This document shows, one piece after another, positions 46,401 through 60,570 of a DNA stretch of 64,000 nt; positions within the stretch are counted from its first letter, which is position 1, and each line of letters begins with the position of its first letter. Both the position numbers and the translations under genes were made by a program. The notes beneath the pieces were generated by a model. That model saw only the letters and a program-made list of their open reading frames with translations, searched no databases and had not been told where the DNA came from. Source of the stretch: Eledone cirrhosa (Eukaryota); contig OZ024740.1 of assembly GCA_964016885.1 (NCBI GenBank), forward strand, positions 391,406,001 to 391,470,000. The letters run 5' to 3'.

Positions 46401-48947
46401 AAGAAGAAGAAACATGGAGGAAACAGAAAGTGTGGAAGAGATGGAAATTACACAAGAAAGAAATGTACAATGAATATCTGTACCAACCTGAAAAATATAC
46501 AATATGGTAGGATAACATTCATTGAATAAATGAGAGAAAAAGAGGAAGTGAGTGGTACTTGGCAAACGGGTAAATGTTTATAGGAAATGTAAGATATGTT
46601 TTATCATAAAGGTTTGTGGTACCGAGGAATATAATCGATATAAGTTTAGATGGATTATTCTTACACAAAACGGCGTATATTAAGCGTTGCTCCACAAGGA
46701 TTTACATGCAAATATATATCAATCATTTAAGATTTATCTAAAAAGTTCAAAGGAGAAAAAGTTTTAATGTAATTATTTTTTAACCATACGTAAAGTATTT
46801 CATTACTGGCTAAACGAAATAAATGTCTATATTGAAGCATCAGTATTCAGCGTCTTTGCTTATTTCACGTAAAACCTATCTGTTGACAAATAGGTTTTAC
46901 GTGATAGATAGGTCTTACAAAATTCAGCTTTTAAAATAATTATCCACAAAATTCATTATATCCGTGCGACTAATCACAATAGAAGAGAGATGGATTTAGA
47001 TTGATCTAATAAAATACACATTGTTGATTTGGGTTATGCCTTTGTAAAAAGAGAAATAACAGGTTTCATGAATTTTTGAAGAAACATTCTACATCTCATC
47101 AAGATATCGAGTTATTCTCAGAGACCTGCTCCAAATGCTCACAACTGATAAGTCTCTGCTAAAGGCAATCAAGAGCCATATAGTCTATCCTATGCTTTTC
47201 TGTTTAGTCACTGTCTAACCACGCTTGCATCGACCTGGGGTTGGCTACTCTAAAAGAAACTTGTCCAAGCTTTTACGTAGTGGAATTGAATCCAGAACAT
47301 CAAATGTCTAAACCACTCGACCACACTTAGTTTATGATCGTTTGAATCACATAAAACCTTTGCACAATAATTTATAATAATTTAGATTACAAGTTTATGA
47401 AAGAATTAAACTTTTGAAAGGAAGTATATATATAAGCAGACAAGTAAAGTGTAGATTGTTACAAATGTATGAAATACTGAAGTTTATAATATACTAACTC
47501 AATGTGTATACTATGGGGACCAAGGTTTGATTTATTTCATTTTGATAGCTCAATAGTTGAGGCACTAATCTCTGCTAATGTTGATCGGATAAGCTCTGGA
47601 TTTACTATTGCCAGAGGAACTAACCTACAGAATGTTAAATTTCAATTGTTGGCGCTACTCGTTTATTGTTTTAACTTGAAGTCATTCTGAATTAGTAAGA
47701 CCTTATGTAACACCAAAACTATTTCCTTCGAAATTGTAGACTAACCATTAAAAAAGCTGCGTAGCTTTCTGCTTTATCATATTGCTTCATTCAGGTTACC
47801 TCTAGGTGACTAACCCACGATAAAATGATACGTAAGCGCAATGTTGCTAGTTTAAGAGCTGTTTCTAAACCACTTTCATTTTGGAATACATATTGTAAAG
47901 TTTGTAGTATTTACCCCACTTTGAAAAATGCATTATATATATTACGATAGCTGGTATGATCTTCCAAAATTCACAATATGAATGTGAGCTGATCCAGGTA
48001 AATATCGACATTCGGGCAATGATTAGCGAAAGGAAAAGACTTTAATACCCAAGCAGCTGCAAATATAATTTTCTCATATATATATTTAAATGGCTTTAGA
48101 ATTAGCCATGATGTTAACACTTTATTTAGTGATAAATTAGAATTATTTTAATGATATTAACCCATTAGACAAACAAATTTATCCTCAAAAACATCCTACT
48201 CACGACAATCCCGTATTTTTGTATATCAAAGATAAAAAATGTCCAAAGTGTACTTCCCTTATGAAAATGGTGTAGTTAGAGTGAAATTTGACTGACATTT
48301 CTAGCAGATCGAGTGGTTTCATAGAAGCTCTCCAGCAGCTGCTATTATCATTTGGTGTCTATAGTAAATTAAAAGTCTTTGGTATGTCTTGTAATCTGCA
48401 CCAGTGAGGCGTGTTATGTTTATCTTGTTACCAAGATCATTAACGGAATATAACTCATAAATTTACTTTGCCTTGAATTGTCAGAGTATGAAAAAATTAA
48501 CACTAAACGAAAATGTGACGTTTGTGTCTTTGATGGTGCTTTACTACATTAATCAACTAAATTACCAATATTCAGTTTTAATTCAATAATCATATAGAAG
48601 ACACACTGTTAGGAACGTTCATGCAATCTTCTATAACTTTGATTGAAGAATATATAATCTAACAATTCTTGCCTTGCTTTCTGTCTCTATCCGTCTTTTA
48701 TAGACAGAGAACTTGGTCCGAAACGTTACATTCTGCACTCCTCGCAGCAATTAAACTTATCAGACATTCCTATAGTCTACCTTTTACAAACACAGATCAT
48801 CACCGTGTCTTCTGGTGCCAGATGTCACATTATAGTGTTAACTCAGTACTCATAAATACAATTTTCCAGAGCCTAACGCTGTTGGTTTATTTAACATGAA
48901 TTATTCTATTGTCTCAATTGCTTGTATTGTGGCATTATGAGTGGTGC

Positions 48948-49166
48948 CAAGGGTGGTAGATTGGTAGAATCGGTAGAGCGTCGGACAACATGTTTTGCGG
49001 CACAGAGTTATGGCCCATTATGTTCTCAGTTCAAATCCCGCCGAGGTTAGCTTTGCCTTTCATCCTTACCGGGTCGATAAAATAAAATAACAGTAATACA
49101 CTGGGGTCGATTTAATCGACTTTCCCTCCCCCAAAAATAGTTGGCCTTGTGCCTATATCAGAAACA
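48948..49166 (+). mobile_element. SINE S1 (long variant)
   Basis: A/B boxes; TSD attat(g/a)agtggtgc at 48934-48947 and 49167-49180. Confidence 0.85.
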
Positions 49167-49391
49167 ATTATAAGTGGTGCACATTTTATCCAATTTTTTC
49201 GTGTTATTTGAGGAAAGAATATATTTTACGAATTTGTACCACACCCTTTCTCAAGGAAATTGTTCATAACTTGTGTACTTTATATTTTCAACTACAACCG
49301 TTTTCTGTAGCCACAGCCACATGCAATTAAGTATTCTTTCGTCACTTCTAGGTTAATTCGCCAAATTCTATACATATGTATGTTTGTGAAG

Positions 49392-49422
<31 letters not shown>

Positions 49423-50349
49423 GAGAACGAGGAGGCGCGTGTGTGTATGTGTCTGCACGGGGTGGGGTTGTTAAAGTTACAGTATCGATCTTTTACATAG
49501 GGCCCAAACCAACAGATTTATACATTAGGGAAAATGAGATTGTGATATGACCATGCATTTTTCATGTAGTTTTGCGAGTGTAGGTGGCTATAGCCAGGAA
49601 TTAGTTGAAACTATAATATATTACTGAACCGCTAGAATATTTTTGGTTTATTTTGGAGGGATACAAAACTATATGTAGTTATGTCACAGTTCAGTGAAGC
49701 AACTCTACACAAATAACTACATATAGATAAAAACACGACTACCTATAAATATAAACTAAGAGTTAAAGAAAGCACGAAATAAAGAAATAGAAGTAAAAGC
49801 AACAAAAAAAAGAAAGAAAGAAAGGAAAAGAGAAAAACAAAAGAATAGCAGAAAGGACAAATGAAAGAAAGAAAATAGCATTATTAATTTTCTGAGCCTA
49901 GGGGAACAAACTAGCTTCCGACATGATATGATTATATCTCGCAGAATATCACATATTTTATTATTATATTCGCTATAGGTTTAACATAGCTAATCCTAGT
50001 GTGAAATAGTGGTTTGACGGATGACAAAGAAATAAAGATGTGGTAGAGTGGCTGGTAGAAGCATGTTTATATTATTAGACTGATATACTCCTACATTTTG
50101 TAAGGTGTTGTAGATGTCAGTAACTGGAAATTTGATGAAATTATAATTGTATTGTAGGATAAGAAAACTATTGAAATATTTATAATTGTTTTGTGAAAAC
50201 ATAAATAGTTAACAGGGAGCGACAGGGTAGATAAAACTACTGGAATATCTCAATAACTTTGTGTTTCATATTTGTTATCTGAACAGCAATATACTGTAGT
50301 AAAACTGCATGCGATATTATGATTGTAATGATCATTAGATTTTTGGCTT

Positions 50350-51503
50350 CAAGTGAAGATGAGGAGGAACCCCAAAAACCATAAAAGCAAAAAAGAAAAC
50401 AACACAAAAAAGAAAAAAAAAATTCATCTCTACACACACCAACAAGTACACAAACAACACGAACACCACAACCGTCAACAAAAACACATCTACCACAAAC
50501 AACATTGATACAACCGCAAATCATGCCCTACAAAAGAAAACACGCGCAGACACCAACAACGACAGACACACCCAACCTTGTATTGCTAAGAAGGACCATC
50601 AACAAATTTGTGGCCCTTGTAACACGAACTCAAGACATTAGGAATGAGGAAGAGATATTTGGCACCTGCACCTTCAAAGTACCCCAAACACTACTGATGG
50701 TGCGGATGCCAATAAACACTTAGAAAAACACGAGGGAGAGCTATCACGACGACGTGGGGACCCCTAATGTGAAAGCCTCGAGTAGGCTCCTAAAGGGGTT
50801 CCCAATGAAAACCCCACCAACTATGGAGGTCGAACTACCCGACATCCACAAATCCTCGTGGGGAGAAGTTAGTAAACATTTCCCTCTCTTTTAGACTGCC
50901 AACATGGCCATCCTAAGAGTAGGATGTTTAACCGTTCGTGGCCTAAGGTTGTCCTGGAAGCAGGGGCGCCTGCTGAATGACTTCAGGTCACTAGATAGGG
51001 ATGTGATTGCCGTCAGCGAGACCAGGATTTCCGACACGCGCGCATTAGCCCCCACTTTCGACGATTATCAGATCCTCGCATCTCTTAGTCGGCCAGGAAT
51101 TGGAGGTGGTGTGGCAGTGATGTTTAGGAAAGACCCGGATCTCGATGTAAGGTCGATCTTCCGAGACTCGGACGGTAAGTTGGTGGCTCTGGGCGTGAGC
51201 AATAACGAAGGTGGAGCATTTAGACTGGTGGCCGTCTACGCCTCAATCGGGGATGGAAGTCCGGACTTCTTTAGGCACCTGGACGCCTTTCTGATAACGT
51301 CTCACCCTTTATTATTAGCGGGAACTGGAATCTTAGACTCACACTGGGATTGTGTGGGAGTAGCCAATGGAAGCGGTGGGCGCAAAAGCCTCAAGAACCA
51401 AATCAGAAAGTTCCAAGTGTCTGACAGGTACTGACTGTAGAAGGCTGTCTCTGTCTTTCATATTGTCCTACATGTTTCGGCTCTTGCGTCCAATAAATAA
51501 ATA
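50350..51503 (+). mobile_element. Old, internally deleted L1/Tx1-type relative: ORF1 remnant, APE N-terminus and 3' tail
   Basis: ORF 50904-51434 MAILRVGCLTVRGLRLSWKQG..SETRIS..FRLVAVYA is homologous to the ORF2 start; followed within about 70 nt by attgtcc..ccaataaa resembling the family 3' end. The left boundary is approximate. Confidence 0.75.
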
Positions 51504-51683
51504 ATTGTTTCTACGTTAGGCACAAGGCCAGCAATTACCCAGTGCAATACTGGTACTTTATTTTATCGACCCCGTAAGGATGAAAGGCAAAGTTAACCTC
51601 GGCGCGATTTGAACTCAGAATAGCAAGGGCCGTAACTCTATACGTCAAAGCATGGCGTCCGACCCTCTACCAATACTGCCAAA
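51504..51683 (-). mobile_element. SINE S1
   Basis: Reverse-complement match to other copies. Confidence 0.8.
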
Positions 51684-51712
51684 ATAATAATAACTATTAT
51701 TATTAGGGCTTT

Positions 51713-51890
51713 AGATTGGCAGAATCATTAGAGCCTACAGTTCTGAGTCCAAATCGTACCGAGATTAGCGTGGCCTTCCATCGTAACGGGGTCGAAAAAA
51801 TAAAGCACCTGTAACGCACTGTGGAGCATTTAATCGACTTCGCGTTTCACTTCAAATTGCTGGCCTTGTGTTAAATGACGAAACAACTAT
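51713..51890 (+). mobile_element. Diverged SINE S1-related copy
   Basis: ttggcagaatc..ctgagtccaaatc..ggggtcga..ttgctggccttgtg..gaaacaactatt. Confidence 0.65.
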
Positions 51891-53769
51891 TGCATGTTGA
51901 TACAAATGTACGAATGTCAGAGCTCTCGTGGTTGTTTATGCTTTTCTTTTACGTTTTAAGAAGGAAAGTCTTTCGGATTGCTTTAAGATCCAGCCTATTA
52001 CTTAGTGTAGATGAAATCATTATCCCTTTTGCCCTATTAATGATTCAAAATTGGCTTAAACTTAACAGGAAGAGGTGCTATTCACAATGCCTTAAACAAA
52101 CACACCCTAAATTATTTTCAAACTAAAAAAAGAGAAAATAAATATAGAATACAGAATATCATGCTTAAGCTTAGTTACACAATGGAGATCCAATGTCTGT
52201 TGAAAACACTAATTTTAATAGAAAAGCAGTATGGAAAGCAATCGCATAACCACCAACAATAACACTTCACTATATACAAAAGTTGCCTATCACAAAGAAC
52301 TACACCATGAGTTAGTTCAATGAAACAGAGAAGACATCGACGTGGCATATTACATTACCTCCTTGTCTGATGAATTTATCCAGGAGAGCGTTTGGAGGGA
52401 GTTAACATACTTCTGTTTTGATTTTAATTAAAATGTCTTTCATAATTTTATTAGTTAAGTTTTATAAAATCTCATACTTCATGCTATATATGCCATATCA
52501 TCAAAATTCGAAACCCATAAACTATTACTGCTTAGAATGGAAATGGTTTTAGCAGGAAAGTTACGGCACAGTATTTCTCATTTCTTTCAATTTCCTGAAA
52601 CAAGAATATACAAAACTCCAAAAAGCCGATTAGATAAAATACCATATTATTAGAGCTTATATCGCAACATTCTATCCTACTGCATATATTTTATTACCTA
52701 TCCGACCAATGCCCTTATGATATTCATTGCATATTTAAGCAACCGGACATGGCGAATACTTTCATAAATTCTTTCCGTTATTTATTTTCTTATACTTCCT
52801 TGAAGATTGTTGTTTATTCTCCAAAGATATTTTTATTGGCCTTTTCAAATGGCTCTCCCATTTTCAATGTTTGGCATTTTTTCTTTTCTCTCTTTTACTT
52901 AACTCACTATCGATTTTACATTACCATAATATTCACTATTTATTTATTTTCCGTTTTCCTCTCAATTTCATTGTAGTTTGGTTTTTATTACATAACAAAA
53001 CCGACAAGTGTGATATTTTATCTCCAAAACATTTACTTTTATCGGTTTAAAACGTTATTTTATCGTTGAAGATAAAATAATTTTTTTCTTTTTACCTGAG
53101 GTATTGCCGTTATTCCTTTCATCTTCCTATCAAAATATTGCTGCGTGTATTTTATTAAACATTTGAGAAATTAAACTCATCACTTTGTTTTTGCATTATT
53201 CTAACGGAAATAGTAAACATATTAAAACGAGCTATCTAGATATAGTTATATACATTAATTTCCAACAAACGCTGTAAAATTGGCATATCATTCAATTTCA
53301 TATCTTGTTAACACTCAAACAAAACCTACTTCAAGCACATTACAGTTTGTGGGCAAATGTTTTTACATTGTTCTTCCTCTTTAGTAACTTGGAATGTCTC
53401 AATTAATCTTCGCTGGCCGCCCTAGGTCACAACCTGGTTCCCACTAGAGTAAGCATTAAAACATGGTTGGTTTAACATGTTTCTGCAAGATATTATTCAA
53501 TACAGCTTCGGCTAGCTACAACAAATGTCTCGTCGTTTCAATAGTAGGTGTAGTTAAGATAATGAATGGGTTTTAGATTTATAAGGGAAAGGCTAGAAGC
53601 AGTAATGTTGTGAAGTTGTTGGTAAATTTATGTTGTGTAAAATATATGCAGATTATGACTGATATGCAACCGAGAGTAGATTCGTATATCTTTAAAGACT
53701 GTATATTGACGATAATTCTCCATGGAATGAAAATTTGTCGATTTCGACAATGAATATTCCAGTTCATTG

Positions 53770-54065
53770 ATCAACAGAACAGCTGGCTGGTGAATTTAAG
53801 AGCAAGTGTACTCTTCAGGTAGATTCAGTGTGAATCTCAGGTAGATTCAGTGTGATATGGTGTGCGTCAAGGTTTAAGGTTTGGCCCTTTGAATTACTGA
53901 TTACAGTCCAGTCTATTCGATGATTTTCGTTTTTCGCTTACCCAAGTTCATTCACAAAGCTTGAAGCGATGGTATATGACTTTTGTCCATGATGCCACGC
54001 AGTGGAATCAAACCCAGGTTCATATGATTGCAATGCCAACTTCTTAAACACCCATCCATGCTGCA
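53770..54065 (-). mobile_element. Old tRNA-derived SINE (related pieces at 10345-10465 and 55155-55360)
   Basis: Degenerate tRNA head at the right end; body similar to the other two loci. Confidence 0.45.
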
Positions 54066-57000
54066 TTAACGGTGGTGGTAAAATTCGATCACTAGTTTCA
54101 ATATAGTTGCTTGTGAAGTGGACAGCTACATAAATTCCAAATAATTGTCACCATAAATTTAATAACTTGATATATTGCTATTGCTGCTGGATAGACGGAA
54201 TCAGTTGTAGATTCTAACAAAAATATAGTTTAGTAAAATACAATTCTATCGAGAATAAGATGAATTTAGTGTAGTATAGGTCAGCGTTAATAAATCTCAT
54301 ATTAAACGTTTAAAGCCAAAAGCGAATTGTATTCATGAGAACTTCATAATTATTTAACTAGCTTTAGTTGCATTTCCAATTATTTAACCAGTTTTAGTTG
54401 CATTTCCAATCAACATAATTTGGGTAATTTAATATGTGCGATACTTGCAACTCTATTGGATAGTTCCTCAGATTACTGTCTCTTTAATCGATCCTGTTCC
54501 CTGTTTTATTTTAAATATATATTTATACAATCTTACGTAAATATGAATTCTTTATATACACAGATGTGTATGCTATTTGATATATTTCAAATAACAACAG
54601 CGGTTCTAGCTGTCTACTTGACGCTGCATGTAATACTGTGTATATCATTGAATTAATTACTCTATCAAAGCTGAAAGTGACATCTCAATGCCATGATCGT
54701 TATACGTATACCGACATCATTCATGAATACTAATGTAATTCTACAATTTATATATTATTTATTTTTGTTGCATTGCTATTTTTGTTGTTGCTACTACTGC
54801 TGTTGTTTAGCTTCACGTTGTCTCTGATTTAAAGGCATTCTAACCATGAAAATTCCACTATTTACAAACAGTGTCTAGAACTAAATTATCTAATGCATTC
54901 GAATGTGGTATAATATGACTTAAGGGAGTTTTGTTGCTACTTCGAAAAGGCCAAGTGACCGAGCAAAATAGTCCTATATGAATGTCTAGTTCTGGTCAAG
55001 AAAGACAGTGGGTGGGGTCCCAATCCAGTAAATTAAACTAATTAAAAATTAAATGAATATAAAATGCAGTTAGAAATGAGATAAATGTTTAACAGATTAA
55101 TTTTCATATCAGATTAATTCTGTATATCCGTGAACTCACAGTTCAGCGGTTCGATCAACTGAATTAGGGTGCAAAGTGGCAGAGTATGTTACAAACTCGT
55201 GAATTTTTAAGGTACGTGGCAGTATGTCAAGGCTTTGAATTATAGGTACTATCCATGTGACAGGTTTTCGTACAGTTCTGTCTGCAAAATGTAATTCATT
55301 AGCCTTAGGTTAACCTGAGACAATATTAAAAACTCTTATTGAAGACTCAAACCCACGACAACGGGATGTATTTGTTTACATATATAAGTTGGTGAGCGTG
55401 TATATTAATTTACCATGAATAACAGCACTTTTACGTATGGAATTGGTTTTAGCTAGATGATATATCATAATTTTAAAAACTAAATCATCATTATTCTACT
55501 ACTTTTTAAGTTGTATGTTCGTTTTTATTTCGTTTTACTTTGACGAAATTTGCAAATCAATCTTTTAGTATCTGCGAAAGCGACAAAATCCTCTCTGGAG
55601 AGATAGCTTGTCTACATAAAATTTCCACTAGCTAACATGTTTAATGTGATAAGTAATATGTAAATTATAAAACCAAACGAATAACAAAATGTTCTGAATG
55701 TTGTAAAATATCTGTTTGATGTTTAACAGTTTTGATTTTAGTTCATATATTATCGTTTTTATTTGAAAAACGAACCGGTTTATTATTTTGTGATCAGTAA
55801 ATAGAAAACATAAAACAAACAAAAACAACTCTCTTTAAAATGTCTACTGTCACAGGTTCAATTATGTCAATCTGATATTATAAGCACCAAAGATCGATAG
55901 GCTAAGTGTAAGAACCAGGTGATGCAATTGCAATGTTAAACAATTCAACTTTAAAGAGGTCGCACATAACACTATTAAACAACGAAATTGTATTTACTAT
56001 TTGCTTCACAAATCCTGTACTTCAGCATAGCAGACAAGTTTCCAACGCATAAGTGTTAGATTCCTAGAAAGTAAATAGCTTTGGGTGTTTTCAGTTCATC
56101 GTTCAAGTGATTTTATTTCACTTATGCACTTGATAAGAAGATGAATGATACACGATCTGCATTATTTTTTTTTCTCTTTTTATAAAAATTTTAGACAATG
56201 GTCGTTAACAAAAAGAAACCAACTTATTTTAAAAAACAATGACGGAATATTGTGTTTACACCCTTTCTGTTATTACTAAATATATTATTTTAATTTATTA
56301 AAAATATATCCTTGTTGGTGAGAAATATTCCTGGGTATTTCCTCTCAGTATATCTCTTTAATTGTCACACCACTAAGCTTTCATTAACAAAAAAAAAAAA
56401 CAACAAAAAACTATAATTTCTCTAGTCATTGCATGATCTGGTCGTAATGGTTAGATTACAGTTTCTCTGATAAGATCTAATAGGACTAAAGTATATTTGG
56501 TTATTTCATCAGACTGATATAGGTTAGAACCCACCCCACTGCTTTCCATATTTAATTAAATTTAACTCTATTTCCTGCTTTTCTTGACTGGAATTAGGCA
56601 TTGTCATAATGACTTTTTCACATCATTAGGAGTTTACATCATTAGGAGTTTTATTAATTAAAGTTTATTTGCTCATAACATCCAGTACATTACTGTCTAT
56701 TTTATAATTAATTTTGTTAATGTTTTTGTGTGCGTGTGATTTTATACGTTATCAGCTTTACTGTTATTGCACAATAAGAACGCAATAACGGTTCTGTCTG
56801 AACATTCATGATGAATGACTGTTAATAAATTGATATTCCACTTAAACTCACCCTCATTCACAAATATTAATAGGATTACACGATTTATTCACTCGCTCAG
56901 GCTTTAGTATGAATTAAATATGGCAGACAAGATTAACGCTAGAATAAGTTTATCTTGCGTTTTCAGCTTGTAAACTAGTTTCATCTATTCTGTCTGAATA

Positions 57001-57104
57001 AAATGCATGGTAGCGGTTATTAAAATTATTGATGGTGCTAATATTCCACCAACCCATTACATTCTCATATTTGGAAAGTTTCAAAATATGCGTTTATAAT
57101 AGAC

Positions 57105-57335
57105 TTCTAAAGTACGGACAAAGCCGTTGTGATTTCTCCAGAGACTACATCATTTTCATAGCGCATCAAGGAGGTTCTGATTATATCGACCCCGGAACAT
57201 TAATGGTACTTTATTTCATCGACCCCGAGAAGGATGAAAGGCAATGCTGACCTAAGCTGAACTCAGAACGTAAAGGTCGATACAAATAACCTAACCCATT
57301 TTATCCAACACACTAACTATGCTGCCAATCCACCA
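57105..57335 (-). mobile_element. Diverged SINE S1-related copy
   Basis: ggtactttatttcatcgaccccgagaaggatgaaaggcaa...gaactcagaacgtaaag...tgccaatccacc. Confidence 0.65.
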
Positions 57336-57342
57336 CAATCTA

Positions 57343-57672
57343 GGTAAGGGTAAAGACCTCCTTCGGTCACGAATGACCATGGGATTTGCACCTAGATTTC
57401 CCTCCGAGGCACAAGTCCGGACAAGGTTGTTTGTGGAAGACCAGCAGTCGTCCATGCATACCAGCCTCACCTATCCACACCACCAATGATGTAAATGCCG
57501 ATACAACTTGACACCAGTGACGTTGCAACTCATTTCTACAGCTGAGTAACCTAGAGCAACGTGAAATAAAGTGTCTTGCTCAAGGACACAACACATCACA
57601 CGGTCCGAGAATCGAACTCACAACCTTCCAAGTGCAAGCCAAATGCTCTAACCACTAAACCATGTGCCTTCA
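57343..57672 (-). mobile_element. Full-length tRNA/CORE-type SINE (OR-like)
   Basis: Minus strand: tggtttagtggttagag A box, gagttcgattc B box, ccttgagcaagacactt, and a tail ending tttacccttacc. Confidence 0.75.
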
Positions 57673-58591
57673 TCACCATCTCCACAACCAAATATTGTAG
57701 ACGCTTTTGTACGACGCTCGATGAATTTTCAACTTCCCACCCTCATTAGTCCTCTGTATGGAGATATTGCTTATATGAAATGAATTACAACTATTTACAA
57801 TATATGTGTATGAGTGTAGGTATGAATGAGTGTAGGAATGAATGAGTATGGGCATGAATGGATGTGGGTGTTTGGGTGTGTATGCGTGATTCTGTGTGTT
57901 TTTATGTGTGCACGTGGAAGGAATTCTGTAGAAAGGCCCACTGAATTTAAATTTCTTCATTTGACTTATTTCTTTTTTACCGGGATTTAGAGCTGCAAAA
58001 CTCAGGATGGGATTGATAAGCCGATTACAATTTTATTTAATAAAGATTTCATATTTTTCTTTAAGGATACCTTTAGAAATTTTGTGGTAGAAAATAGTTG
58101 ATTAAATCAACATTGCATTATATCCTGTCAAACTCGATGAAATAAAGTACTTTATTTAATAGACCTTGATGAAATATAATGCAGATTGATCCTGTTTAAA
58201 TTTTAACTCGATTCCTAAAGGAACGTAGCTTTGTCAGTCGGTATATTTCCCGGCTCGAAGCTCTCTTAGTTCCAGTATTCCCGAAGTAAACTTTATCTTT
58301 CATCTTATCGGGAAAGATAAATTAACTACCACGTATGATTTAATTGAGAGTACCATTTTAAAATGCTGGATTATTCAACAGAAAAAAAAAATCTTTCTGC
58401 TGGTATGATGTATGTGGGATAAAACAAACAGAACAGATAGAAGGACGAAAGAAGGCAAATAAAATAAAATAACGGCATAGTGAATCTCAACTGTGGTGTC
58501 TGTTCTAAATAAAAAGTCTGTCATAGCTATGATAAAGTTAAATGAATAAGCATTTTTGTCTCTGATCGAGACAAAGCGAGAGCATATTTGA

Positions 58592-59057
58592 ATTCATAGA
58601 AAAATGAGAAAACTCATCGCTAGAACAGCTGTTAAAACAGCCAAATGCTGTCAATGACAGCAATAGGCAAAAGTGCCTCAGAAGACAGAAACCCGTTGTC
58701 AGTGGCCGGTAGCGAGACAATCAACGAGATGAGTGACAGGCAGATGAAATATAGAAAATATAGAAAGCCATTTTACTGGTTTGAGAGCTGATAAGGGTAA
58801 AGATGTGAGTGTGAAATTGTCTTGTCCAGCGCCTGTATTTCTTTCTTCCAGTCACTTCTATGCGCCAACACACTTCTCCTTTTCCTCCTCCCCTCTCAAT
58901 CTTTTCTATATTTCATCTGCCTGCCACCCACCTCATGGATTGTCTCTCTGCTGCTGGTATCTGTCCTCTGAGGCATTTTTGCCCATCGCTGTCATTGACA
59001 GCATTTGATTGTTTTAACAGCTGCTCTAGCGTTAAATTTTCTCATTTTTCTATGAAT
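58592..59057. repeat. Diverged inverted repeat (fold-back/MITE-like)
   Basis: Arms about 58592-58758 / 58902-59057 are imperfect reverse complements. Confidence 0.7.
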
Positions 59058-59289
59058 ATAAAATGTAATATGATATAACTTGAACAGTTCAAGATATTTT
59101 TTAAATATAAATTATATATACCATATTTTACAAATTCGTCTAAAGACAGAAAATTCGAGCACATATAGTGGCGTCATGTACTTAGAGGGAATGAAATAGA
59201 AGTATTCCAGTTTCTGAACATCGGTAAACTTTCCTTAAAATTATATTGTGGATTCACAAGTATATATATAATGATTAACTAAAAATAAT

Positions 59290-59475
59290 TGTTTCTACTT
59301 TTGACACAAGGCCAGCAATTACCCAGTGCATTACTGGTACTTTATTTTATCGACCCCGTAAGGATGAAAGGCAAAGTACGGCGGGATTTGAACTCAGATC
59401 GTAAAGGGACGTAACTATGCTGGAAAGCATGGCGTCCGACCCTCTACCGATACTTCCAAACCACCACCCTCGCCT
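59290..59475 (-). mobile_element. SINE S1
   Basis: TSD ttaactaaaaataat at 59275-59289 and 59476-59490. Confidence 0.85.
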
Positions 59476-59685
59476 TTAACTAAAAATAATGTTTGATCGT
59501 TGTGAGGGTTTGTTGGTAATAGTTACTGTCGAAAACGAGTACTTTTTAAGTAATCAAATGCATTATTTTGTTACTGATTTTGAAATTCTCTAACAAATTC
59601 AACGCCACAACAAAATCATTATTATTTTACATATACGTATAGTACATTGTACAAAAATTACAACAGTTCAAAACTGAACATTTAT

Positions 59686-60570
59686 TCAACCATTTTTAGT
59701 GTTTTGTACTGAGGCTTGACACCTCTTTTTGTTGACAATTTTTGCTATGTCTGGCTGAAATATCTGTACAGTTCCGACTTTGATCAGGGATGACAAGTGT
59801 TGATCAGTCAGCCTTGTTCTCTGAGAAGTTTTTGTTAATTTCATGAAGGAAAATAACTGTTCACACACATACGTAGAACCAAACATTGTCATAATCTTTG
59901 TGGCAAACCTTTTGAAGTTTTTAAACTTTTCAGGAAGGTATGAATGGAAACCACTTCAAGATTCTTTGCTCTGAGTGTAGAATCTGACTGCATTTCTCTG
60001 CATTGGCAACATCAAAGGTGAATGGTGCTGAGAATAAAGCAAACTGATGTTCAAAAGATGAGAAATCACAAATCTTTCCTGAAATTCCTTTGACAACAAT
60101 TCCAGCTGACTGTCATACTTAGTAAAGCTAAATACAGAATCAGTATTGGTAGTTTTCATTTGAAAACTGTGACTTCCATAAGTTTAGTTTTCTAATGAAG
60201 CACTTGATGTCATCATACAACTGAGTGATGAGTTTGTTTTTACCTTGTAATTTCAAATTAAGATCAATTAATTGTGCAGTAAAAGCCAGATCTTGGAGCT
60301 AAGTTTCATCTTTTATTTCATTTGTCTTTTGACCTTTCATTTCCACAAACATAATTATTTCTTGTCTCAACAAATAGAATCTTTTCAGCATTTTGTGACA
60401 TGACAACCAGCAGACCTCTGTGTAGAATGGAACATCGGTGAACTGATTATCCATATCTTCCAACAACTGGCTGAACTGACGGCAGTTAAGAGCATGGCCT
60501 CTGATATAGTTCACTTTCTTTGTGACCAATCTAAGCACATGATGCAATTTAAAAATCTTTGAATACAAAT
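59686..60570 (-). pseudogene. Decayed hAT (Charlie/SPIN, GTF2IRD2-like) transposase
   Basis: VNYIRGHALNCRQFSQLL..FYTEVCWLS..LKRFY and the dimerisation motif FGSTYVCEQLFSFMK..RTRLTD.HL, broken by stops and frameshifts. Confidence 0.85.

Noticed and set aside
44010-46565. Long CV/HT/RE/SL-repeat ORFs, and similar ones at other microsatellites
   Set aside because: Translations of simple repeats.
48640-48735. Hammerhead-like ttgaaga...cgaaacgtta; also ctgatga at 9965 and 15937
   Set aside because: Flanking stems or the GAAA half are missing.
57600-57672. tRNA gene (also near 10770-10833)
   Set aside because: It is a SINE head continuing into CORE-like sequence, with no complete cloverleaf.
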